Shown here one piece after another: positions 40,607 to 50,900 of a DNA stretch of 64,000 nucleotides (position 1 is its first letter; every line of letters begins with the position of its first letter). This stretch comes from Raillietiella orientalis. Taxonomy: Eukaryota. The notes below the pieces were generated by a model. It was not told the DNA's origin and made no database searches. It saw only the letters and a program-made list of their open reading frames with translations. A program made the position numbers and the translations under genes. The stretch spans positions 2,666,001 through 2,730,000 of the forward strand of contig JAYWIR010000005.1 of NCBI GenBank assembly GCA_036172245.1, given 5' to 3'.

Positions 40607-41449
40607 TCAGGCAGGACGCGGACATCTTTTTCTGGCTTGGATGCTTCGCAAACTTCTACGGTAGTAGCGTTGCACTGGTCCAGGCCGGATCGCCATCTTC
40701 GGGCGCTTCCAACGCTTCTTTTTTCATAGCTCGAAGGAAGGTCACGAGTTCCTAGGCTTGGCTCGCAGCCCGTCAGGTCTTTGCATTTCCTGCGACTTCG
40801 TTCGCCCGAAGGCACTTTCTCCCTCCCCCCCTTCCCAGCTCCTCCTCTTCCTCGACCACTGCTTGCTGCGGCGCTGCCTGATCGAGCTCAGTCATGGAGC
40901 CTGGTCCTATTCTTCCAGGCTCGTCCTGGGCTCCCGGTCCCATCATGCTGCTTGTTCTTCTGCTGATGCTTCCCCTCGGTGGATTTTTGTTGTATGAATC
41001 TTCGGTGGGCCGTCCCGACGTCGAGCTTCGGAAGCTCAGTGGAGCTGCCCCACTTCGTCCCCATTCCGACGACGCTCCTCTTCCTCCTTTTGTCTACATG
41101 CTCGTGACCTCACTGCTTTGAGGGCATGCAGCTCCGCCGGCAGCTTTCTACATCTTCCGCTGGTGCGCTTCGTATTCGCTGGTGCTTTTCCCGCATCCGT
41201 TGCGTACGCCATGGCTGGCCGTGATGGCGAGCGGATCCGCACGACTGCCGGGAAGCCGGAGGGCTTTTCCTCCGCCTCACCAGGAACTCCCTGAACACCC
41301 GGGAGATCATCTGCGCACCTCCCATCAATGTGGAGACATCGTCGGGTGCAGCGACGACCTCTCTAGAAGAAGGGCGAAGCTGCCCTGCCTATTCGGGGTC
41401 GTTCTTGGAAAGGCGTGCGGGACGGACGGGCTGTTCCGGGTGAACAGTA

Positions 41450-43575
41450 ACTTTCTGATGACCATCACCCGCGCTGCCTGGAGAGGTGGGATGGGTGCAC
41501 CTGGATTCTTCTCGGAACACTACTTGCCACTTGCCGCGTGCAGAGCACGGAACTTCCGAGGAAGGCTAAAGACCTCCGCTTGTGCGCTTTCGCTCTTGTG
41601 TCCTCGTGCATGAGCACGCGCTGCGGCGGACGGCTGCCCGTCGAGGTGGCTTTGCTGTCGTCCAGGCTTCCTGCATACAGAGCGCTATGCCCGCCATACA
41701 CCAACACTTGGCAGGGAGTCGTCAACCCTCCCCTGCCACATCCCTTCCGTTCGATTTTCAAGCGGTGAGAAATTTTTTCGGTGCTTGAGGATGCTGACCG
41801 CAAGAGCTCACCGTGTGGCATACGCCCCTTATCCAGAGTCGTAGGCGTGGTTGGGTATCCATGCTTCGGGAGCAGGGACACAGAAGGATCTGGATCTGGT
41901 CGGATGAGGGCCGAGTGGTGCCGCAAGCGGAGGAGCTGACTAATGGGCGCGCCATCTTTGGCAGTAGCGCGGATTGTTAAGTGACGGTATCCGGCGCAGC
42001 TGGTTTCCTGCCGCGCCTTGAGGAGAGGGAGGGATCGGGTTGAATGTCCTGCCGACCTCGAGCCCGGCCACGGGAACCGAGGGGACGGTTCCTCTCTCGA
42101 CTAGGCACGGATTTTCCAGGAAGAAGTCAGCGATCTAGTAGCTCAACCGCCCCAAGACGGATATCGTGATACCGGAGGGAAAGGCCGTGACCCCAGATTG
42201 GGATTCTCCCTTCGGACCGTTTCTTGCGCGAAATAAAGAGTGACCACTCGGGGTGCGCCGCGGTCGGTGGAGTAGACGAGGGCTGTTCTACCTTCCAATC
42301 ACCCTGACGGAATTCCTTGACTTCCTAACTCTGCCGACGCGTCCTGCAACAGCGGAAGTGGCAGAGCGCCGGATTTGCCCGGAGGTCGTCTTCCGACCTT
42401 GGGGTTCGCCCCGCAGCTGCTTCTTGCGTTTCTTCAGGCAAACACCGCCTTCGGCGTAGGTTTTTTCGGCTCCCTCAAGAAGTCGAGGGTGCGTCGGTCT
42501 GTCCTTCTGCCAGAGGCATCCCAGAGGCACTGCTCCCCCTCTCCTTGCTCTCCAACGGCTTTGGCAATGCTTTCTGCGGTTGCTGGCTCCTTCACAAGCG
42601 TTGCCCGTAGAGTTGCCGAAGCATGTCTCGCCTGCCTCCTGGCCTTTGCCTTTCGCAACACGCCTTGTAGGATAGGAGGAAGAGAGAATGGCTGGAGGCG
42701 AGAGTAGATAAAGCTCCTTCATGAGTTCGCTCGTGCACCGAAACCACCGCAGCCATCTTATCAGGATTGCCCACACCGCGAAGCAGAGACCTCTCTTGGC
42801 GCTGTCTCCTCGAATGGGAAGATGAGGCGGGGAAGGTGCACTTGCCAGTCGGGCCTTCCTACTACCCCCTGCAGGTTCCCTCAGGAGAAATATTTTCCCA
42901 GGTCCTCAGTACTTCTGAGGATCACAGCTGGTAAAGGTCCGAGTGCTCCCGGACCGTCTTCTGGAGCAGGTGCTGCGTTTTCTGCGACATTTAGACCACG
43001 CGTAGGACGAGAGACTGCTCCACGCGGCGGGCGGGACGCGTGGGGGCTTGCATGAAGATGAAAGTTCCCCGAGTGCCTCCCCTATTCGGAATTCTTGCTG
43101 CCGTCGGTAAGATGACGTCTTCCTCCCCCTTTCCTGAGATTCGTCCCGCCGAATCGATCCGCCTCGGCAGCTCTGAAAGGCGCCAGGAGCGCCAGGAGAA
43201 TCTCCTGCTGACCTCTCTCGGCTGGCTAGCCATGGATCGCTTCTGCGTAGGTGGAAAAAGAGGAAGAGAGAGGGGAAGGCCGGGCTTAAGGAGCAATGAG
43301 AAGGCGAGGCGTCCCACGTCTTCGTCGCCCAACAACGAGAACTGCAGCGCCGTGAGCTGAGACCAACCGGCTTGGGAATGCCGCCACTTCCCCGAAGCTG
43401 CTTCGCGGCTGACCGCCTTTCCCCGGAGACGCTCATGGATGAACTGCCCTACTACTGGCCTGGCATGATGGAAATCAATTCGGGTTCTTCCGTTTCCCTG
43501 CTTTCGTTCCAGTATTTTTTTTCTTTCGGTTTTTGGTGGTGGTGGGGGGTTGTCAAGTGCTGAAGAACCGTTCAC
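41450..43575 (-). mobile_element. Decayed gag-like ORF1 region(s) of non-LTR retrotransposon
   Basis: Fragmentary minus-strand translation with degenerate CCHC knuckles: CF-RCGQS near 42770-42790, PAKCW-C..GGHSAL near 41680-41715, HAASGK*CSE near 41520. Also QFSLLGDED and IPNRGGTRGTFIFM, which recall L1/Tx1 ORF1. May be more than one element. Confidence 0.45.
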
Positions 43576-43613
43576 CTCCTTGCGGGAGGCTCATGAAGCT
43601 CTTTAAGAAACCA

Positions 43614-44860
43614 TCCACGCCACCCGAGGGGCGGCACAACTCTTCAAGTCAGGGGCCAACCTCGTAGGGATCAACCTATGAATCCACAAAGGCTCTGGAG
43701 GGAAATACGAAGGGAACCACCTCTTCCTAGTTCTCCCTGGAGAGAACTCCGGAGGGAAGGTTAATCTTCGTTTCTTCTCTGGAGTAAACCCGGAAAGGAT
43801 CCGCTCCTTAATTTCTTTTCTGGAGGGAACTCTCGGAAGGAATCTTCTTCCAGTTTCCTCCTCCGATAAGAACCCAGAAGGAGTGCTTCCCAATTTCTCT
43901 GAAGGGCTGCTCCCCGAAGAGAGCAGTGCACTTCTGACACTCTGGATAGCCAACCCCCTAAAGGGGTATCCGCCCCAGAGCCATGGTACGCAATTTTTTT
44001 TCACAATCGGAGGGGAACTCCGAATGGAACCCCCCTTGATTCCAGGAAGGCCCCCGGAGGGTCAGCTTCCAATCCCGGTCAGTCAACGGGAGCATCCATC
44101 CAGTTTCAGCCTTTCATCAGTTCCGCACCGGAATATGGGTCAACCAGCGTCATGCTGCGGGGAATACTCACGACGCATCCATTTCTCGGACTCGATCCTC
44201 CGCGGTTCCACGCCACCCGAGGGTGGGTAGTCTTCAAGATAGGGGGTACCCCGGAAGGGGTCTTTCCTATGAATCCAGGAAGGACTGGGAGTCCGTTCCT
44301 CTCACGTCTGGGGAGGATCCCTGGAAATGGATATCACCTCCACCCTGGTTGTCTCCGAAGGGGAATCCCGAAGTGTATCTCTTTCCTTATTCTCTTCGAA
44401 GAGACCCTTGGGGGGTCCGCTTCAGTTTTTTTCTCCGGAGGGATCTCACGCAAGGGATCCGCTCCTGTTTTTACTCCTCTGAAGAGAACCCAGAAGGTTA
44501 CGCTTCCGAAATTCAGAAGGGCGCAGCTTCCCCTAAGGAATCGTCTTGCGTCTCTGCACTCTCTGGAGAGGTGGTGGTGACACATCTACTCCATCAGTCC
44601 GACGTGGAGGAATCCTTCCCCCGGATTGGGGGGTCCTCTCCTTAACAGCCGAAGGGGAAGAGCTCCCATTCCTTGATTCCTGGAAGGACCCGGAGTTCGA
44701 CTCCCATTTGTCCTGGCCCTCATCGGGGGCATCCGGTTTGAACCGCTACCAGTACCTCACCCGGATGAATATAGGTCAACCAGCGCCATCTTGTGAGGTG
44801 AACTCGGGACCCACGACGCACTGCATCGATTCCTTCGGAGTATTCGAACCCACGACGCAT
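43614..44860. repeat. Degenerate ~41-bp minisatellite organised as two ~600-640-bp higher-order units
   Basis: Anchors repeated in both units: TCCACGCCACCCGAGGG (43614/44207), AGAACCCAGAAGG (43869/44485), CCTTGATTCCWGGAAGG (44034/44671), GAATATRGGTCAACCAGCGYCAT (44131/44767). An internal motif TTCTCYGGAGGGAACTCCGGAAGG recurs about every 41 bp (near 43735, 43776, 43817, 43858, 43897, 43940). Confidence 0.8.
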
Positions 44861-44915
44861 GGCTGCCAAGCGCGGAGACCACCGTAACCACACGGTCTCC
44901 TACGCGGGCATCCCG

Positions 44916-44998
44916 CGTGGGAGTCCCGAGAGGCGAGGTGTGCGCCGCCAAATTCATGCGGTGCATCCTGACCAGACCCCGAGGCAATGTTGTCGCGA
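44916..44998 (+). pseudogene. Inverted, frameshifted 83-bp copy of part of the first kinase exon of the neighbouring MLCK-like gene
   Basis: Aligns to 49709-49626 (minus) with 12 mismatches and one 1-nt gap by manual count. Reads GEVCAAKFMRCI / DQTPRQCCRE versus GEVCAAKFIRCIPDQALRQCRRE. Confidence 0.9.
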
Positions 44999-46378
44999 AC
45001 GTGCAACGCTTGGTACAGCGCGCAGGGGTCGCGACCTCACAGAGCACCTAACCCCTCTCGACCTAGCTGTTCTCCACGCCGCTGGAAACACAGGGAAGCC
45101 GTAGGGTTCTCCCGCAAAGGTCAGGCGGGTGGAAGTCGCCGAAGGACCACTGCGCTCTTAGCGGTTTCCCCGAAGGGGTCACTTCGTGAAAAGCGGAAGC
45201 GCCTTTCGTCTGTCGCGATCTTCTGCTGGAAAGCCGCCAGGGTTGTCTCTTTCCTAAGGTGATTTCCGTTTCCGGAAGGGTCGAAGGAGGGAGAAAGGGA
45301 AGTGAAGTGGATGACGAAGTCTCAAACACGCAGCTGCAGCGCTCCCGGCAACCGCCTCTGTCTGATTGCCGGAGGGGAGGAGCGCCGATAATACCGGCTA
45401 GCGGTAGAGACTTCAGTTGCCAGGTTGTGAGGTCGTCGGCGTTGTGAGACCAGAGCGAGAGGATTTCTAGGACATGCCCCCCGAGAAGATGCCACGGATT
45501 CTTCTAGAGCTAGTTTTGCTGTTCCATGCGAGCGTCGCCATTTATGACTGGTGAGTTCGGCTTTGAAAGCACAGTGATGACCACGAAGAAACAGGGGGAA
45601 GGGAAAAAGAAAGCATCCCTCATTAATCTCTGAGTGTCTTCCTAAACCTAGACCAATGCTCGTGACCTCTCCGAGGACTGCATAACCTCTCTGGGTAGCC
45701 TTTCGGCCCGAGGGGTGCTCCAAAGGGGTGTCCTATAGGAAGGTATTCTGGAGCAAACGTCGCAGACTTAGGTAACCTCCCAGTGGTCTTATTGGGAGCA
45801 AGGGGAACTTCCGCATGCCTCAGAAGCCACCGAAAGGACTAGCGCCGGTTTGCTAGGGCGGAGCTGCGCGCGGCACCGTTTCCCAGTCGGCGGTCCTAGC
45901 AGGTTGAATTCTCCAGAGTGAGTGGAAGTGGCGCGTCTCTGATCTCCTCGAGTATGTTCCGTACCTCTCTTTTTTTTTTTCTCTCTGGAACCGTGTCCAC
46001 GCGTGCGCTGCAGGATTCGAAAGCAAGCCGAGTCGTAGTGTTCCCGGAGAGGTCACAGGGCAGCATCCTCGCCAGGAGCCGGCCGCGGTGGAACGGATCC
46101 AGCAGTCCAGTTTCTTCCCTAGCACCGGTCGGCATTCGCTCATCCCGTAGCCGTTCCTCTTCCCTTTCATTTTTTCAGACGCTTCTCCTTCCTCCTTGGT
46201 CCTTGGCCCGTTGATCCCTTTTCTCTCTCTATCCACTTCGAAGCCATGCATTCGAGAGGAGCAATCGGTGGTTCCCCGACTCTGCCGGGATCTTCTCGAA
46301 GGAGGAAGATGATGTTCCCCCTGGCAATGTCCGCCCCGGTCGCGAGGGCGGAAGGGTCAGGTCTCGGAGGAACCATGG

Positions 46379-47312
46379 ATGTACTTTCCCCTCCTTCTCC
46401 TAGCTCTTTCTCAAGGTCGGCTCCCGGAGGGGTGAGAGCTAGAGCCGCGCCCCTTAGCAAGGAAGTTTCGTCTTGCTGCAAACCGTTCCCTCCCCGTCCT
46501 CCTTCCAGGTGGCCTCCTGTCGTGGGACGCGCCCGCAAAGACGACTGCTGGACACAGTACCTGCGCTGCATCTCCTTCAACAAGAGATACGTCCCCGTGG
46601 GGAATGAGGAGCTCACAATATGCATGTGAGTGGCGCGCGGGACCGGGCGACGGCATCGCCAGCGACCATCCGAGTAGGAAGATGACGCAGAACACGGTGT
46701 GCACCACCAACCGGTACATCTGCGAGGGAACATGGCGGAGGGGTGGCCTCTGGCCGATGGAGAACTATGACCAGAAGACCGCGAGACTGCTGTGTTTTTC
46801 CTCCCTGGGGGCTGGTGAGTTCCGGACGGGAAAGGGCGAGCAGCTGTGAGGAAACGCTCGACCCCGAGCGAGAGAACAGAGATCCTGAAGAATGACTACT
46901 GCATTGAGCGCACGGCGAGACAGAACGACAGTTGCGCCGCCTGGATGGACAACCTGTCTATGGGGAACACCAAGTGCCCGTAAGCGAGGATCTTCCGAGA
47001 GCTGACGTCGCTAATGGAGGAGCCTCTTTCGCGAGGAGCAGGGCTCTCGGGTACGTGAACTGCACCGCCAGCATCCTGAGCAGGAAGTGTGGGAAGGACG
47101 CTGCCGACATCTACTTCGTGATGAACTCCGTCGTGAGCAAGCACTTCCTCAGATCGGTATGCCTTGAGGGGAGAATGAACCCCCTCTCCCTTTCCCCCCA
47201 TCTCCCCATTTTTCCACTCGCTTCACGAGTCCTGAGTTCTGCCTCCGGAGCCGCGGCGGACTCTCCGCGCCGATCAGTCGCCAGTCCGACCCTCCGCTCG
47301 GAGCGTGTCTGA
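46379..47312 (+). CDS. Uncharacterised secreted cysteine-rich protein (about 225 aa, 12 Cys, 5 exons); DUF19/DUF1397-like Cys pattern by inference
   Basis: Exons 46379-46431, 46509-46625, 46678-46814, 46880-46979, 47042-47312. Donors GTGAGA, GTGAGT, GTGAGT, GTAAGC; introns 77/52/65/62 nt; all phases join (678 nt). Protein MYFPLLLLALSQG (signal-peptide-like) RLPEGWPPVVGRARKDDCWTQYLRCISF..TICMKMTQNTVCTTNRYICEG..LLCFSSLGAEILKNDYCIERTARQNDSCAAWMDNLSMGNTKCPALGYVNCTASILSRKCGKDAADIYF..FLRSVC. AATAAA at 47603-47608. The last exon may contain a further intron. Confidence 0.8.
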
Positions 47313-47989
47313 TCCAAGTACGTCCATTCTGTGCCCTGACAGGAAGGCATCCTTCCAGGCCTCATGCCGGCTGCCCGGTTGGACGGAAGAATCCCATGGC
47401 CTGATCATCCCGGACTCCGAAGTGATACTTCCCCCCATCCTGCGGAGACGCCTGTAAGTGACTTGTCCCCCGCTCTTCGACGCTAACATCATCAGCAGAA
47501 GGGAGGCTTCGAATGTCCTGCTGCAGGAGAACCAGGCCCGTCGTCCTGAAAGTATCGACTTGCCCCGTGACCTCGCGACCTCCGGCCGATGGAAGGAGAA
47601 CCAATAAAGATGACACAAACGGCGATGACTCGGCCTTGCGAAGAGACTTGGCCTGAGAAGAGGCGGTCCCCTCTGCTCCTCCTCCTCCCTGGGATAGGGT
47701 GAGAGGAGCGGCTGCGGTGCGACCACGGTCTCGCCGCCTTCCAAGAGATCGAGATGGCTTCCCGACCTGTTCGTTCTTCTGCAGACACTCTGAGCGCTCT
47801 CGGAAAGGTGAAGCTGCGCGGCCTCCTTCCCTTCCGGTTCCTCCCTCCCTCTCTTTCGTTCCTTTCCTCCTTCCACCCGTCGCTTTCCGGAATCGCTGAT
47901 CCCCGCGCAGGAAGCGATCGCGCGCACCCTCAGAATGGTGGATCAACGGATGCTTCTTCTCCTTCTCCCTTTATTCCTTCTTTTACGCT

Positions 47990-50900
47990 TCACGGCGGGG
48001 GACCATCCGCTCTGTTCGCGGTCCTCTCCCTCGTCGACGCCAGGCGCAGATGCACCATGCGGCTGAGAGCCCTCAGGGCGTTTCCAGTCTTCTGCAAAGA
48101 AGCACTCGCTGTTGGTTGAGCGGGGTGGCGCGGGGATTGGGGGGAAGAGAGGAGGTCGGAGGTGCGTAATGCACCTTGGCAACCACCGAAGGAGATTCTG
48201 GCTCACCTGCCACTTCCGGCGGATCATGAACTTCTTCAGCTTGTCCGTAGGCAGCCGCACCAGCCGTCGCTCGCCTCCCGCGCGGCGCAGCCAGGGATGC
48301 ACCAGACACTCCTCCGCGGACATGCGCTTCCTGTGGGAAGCGGGAGGAGATGAGGACAAGGCAGGTGAAGGAGGGAGGTGTGCTGCCCTCCCCAGAAGAA
48401 AACGGAGTCGCCGCCTCCATTGGGCTCTCGCGTCTGACCGGAGGTTACTGGAGGAGCTGCTGCCTGTGCCTCGAGATCTCCCTCTCTCGAAAAAATGCGG
48501 CGAAAAATCTGGTCCAAGGGTCTGCAGACGCCTAAGGAGCACGGCGTCCCATACGTCCTCAGGTTCGGGGCTAGCTTCTTCCCGTCTTCCGTCCCTTTCT
48601 CTCGGAGTCCTTGGGACTTTCCGGAAAGAGAGCGTGGAGGCGGACAGAGGAAGAGTGGGAAAAAGTGTCGCGCGCGCGCGACTCGTACCGCGGTCGCTTC
48701 TGGAGCAGCTTCGAGACGAAGTCTTTGGCCGCTTCGGAGACCGCCCGGAACTCCTCGCTGTCGAAGGCGACCTCGCCCCGGGTGATGTTGGCGAACGTCT
48801 CGGCGTCGGTCTCTCCCAGAAAAGGCGACGTTCCGGACAGCCTAAGGGGAGGGAAGAGGCAGTCCGCCCTCTGGGCTCTTTTCCTTGCACCCTCCCTGCA
48901 CCCCACGAAGCCGAACTGACAGCACATAGCAGATGACCCCGATGGCCCACATGTCCGAAGGGAAGCCGATGGGCTCGTAGCTGATAACCTCCGGCGCGAT
49001 GAACTCTGGTGTGCCCAGGAGCACCCGGATCGCCTCTCCTGGCTGCAGGCGCCTGGCTAGCCCGAAGTCGATGATGACTATGCGGTTAGAGGAGGCGCTC
49101 TTGCACATGATGTTCTCGGGCTGCCGAGAAGGAGGGAGAATGAAAGGGGGAGAGTAAAGCTTGTAAGGAAAGGGCGCTACTTACCTTGAGGTCGAGGTGT
49201 ACCACACTCTGGCCATGGAGGTAAGCGGTGCCCTCGCAGATCTGCCGGCTGAAGAGGATGCAGTCGTCCTCGGTGAGGGTGAAGTCGTCCGCGGCCACAC
49301 GCTCAAACAGCTCGCCTCCGGTCACGCTACGGGAAGAAGAAGGAAAGGGGAGGTAGTGGCTGCGGCCGGGATCGCTGCTCGCCTCGTTCCGGTATCCCCG
49401 CCTCATCCCTAGCTTCCGGAGCACCTCATCCCACCCTGACCTCGCTGCTCCCACCACCCCTGCTGAGATCCACGTTCTCCGGCATGATTCGATCTCTCCC
49501 CTGATCCCTCTCCCCTCTCTCCCTCAACTTACTATTCGGTAACGAGGATGACGTCCCGGGGGCACTCGTAGGAGGCGACGAAGCGTAGCACCAGGGGGTG
49601 GCACAGGGAGCCGACGATTTCGACCTCGCGACGGCATTGCCGCAGGGCCTGGTCCGGGATGCACCGAATGAATTTGGCGGCGCAGACCTCGCCGTTTGGG
49701 AGTCCCACGACACGACGGACCACTCCGAATCGGCCCTTCCCCAGCTCCTCGCACACCTCGTACAGCTGGGCGAACCGATCCAAAGACTCCAGCTTCCTCA
49801 TTCCAGAGAAGGAACAGTCTCCTTCAGAAGGAGGAATTGAATGAGCGAGGCACCCCTGCACTCCGACACTCATCCCCCACCTGAACTGCTGCCATCTTTA
49901 CAAGCGGTGGTCATCTGGTCCGGAGGTGGTCGCGCAGCAGCGGTAGAGGCAGCGCCACCAGTGCTAGCGCAGCACGACCGAGTGTCTCCGCTTCTGGCTG
50001 TCTCCTCTGCAGCAACTTGATGAAGAGGAAAGAATAAAGGAGGGCTGGGTTAAGGGTGCTCGAAGCTGCGCGCGCGCCTCCACCCTCGGGAAGCTCCGGC
50101 GGCTTGCACACAAGGTGCGTCCGTCGGGAGGCCGCTGCCTCGGAGAGGGAGAGATCTATCTTCTCCTTCCCTGCTGCTCTCTGCCCTCTGTTCCGAATTG
50201 CACTCGCGGACATGTCGTGATCTCCCTAGTCCATCTGCAGGGAAACCGGAAGAAGAAAGGAATCGCTGTAGTTGCCTCGATGCCCACCAAGGGAGCGCGA
50301 CCGTTCCCCTGCCATTTTCTCCGGTAGAGGGGGCATCCCGTCTTGGAATGTGGGTAGTGACGGACTTCCCGTAGGGTGGAAAAAGAAAAGGTGGTCGGGG
50401 TGAAAGAGAAGACGAGTCCATTTTTTCGCATGCTTTCCTTAGACCGTAGGGAATCGGACCACAATCATCTGCACTATCAGCAAGGGCATCTTTTCACCCT
50501 ACCCTGACCTCGACCAGGTCGAATTGTCTCCCTTTCGCTGCAGCGTTCATCTTGGAACTCCCCTCTCCTTTTCCTCCAGCTCAAGGAAAGGCTGCAGAGG
50601 AGGGAAAAGGGAAGGAGGGAACGGGGGAAGAGAAGGGTCCAGTTCATGAGCGCACAGACCCCAGCGCTTCGCGTTCTAGCAAGACGAAACCGGGGAAGCT
50701 GGAACAAGGAGGATGGGGCAGGATCGGCATTCCTAGGACGCGTCTCTTGGGAGACGTACCAGGGAATTTCCGCTTTTTCCCTCACCCTACCCGGAGGAAA
50801 AGGGCCTTTTTCCTCCTCAAGATGAGCATGGACCGAGGGCACATATCCACGGTTGGGGAAAAAAGGAGGATGGAGAAGAGAGGAAAAGGTCGACCTTACC

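Noticed and set aside
43614..44860. CRISPR array interpretation of the palindromic repeat/variable linker pattern
   Set aside because: Repeats are highly degenerate, linkers are short and themselves duplicated in the higher-order unit, there are no cas genes, and the context is eukaryotic and intron-rich.
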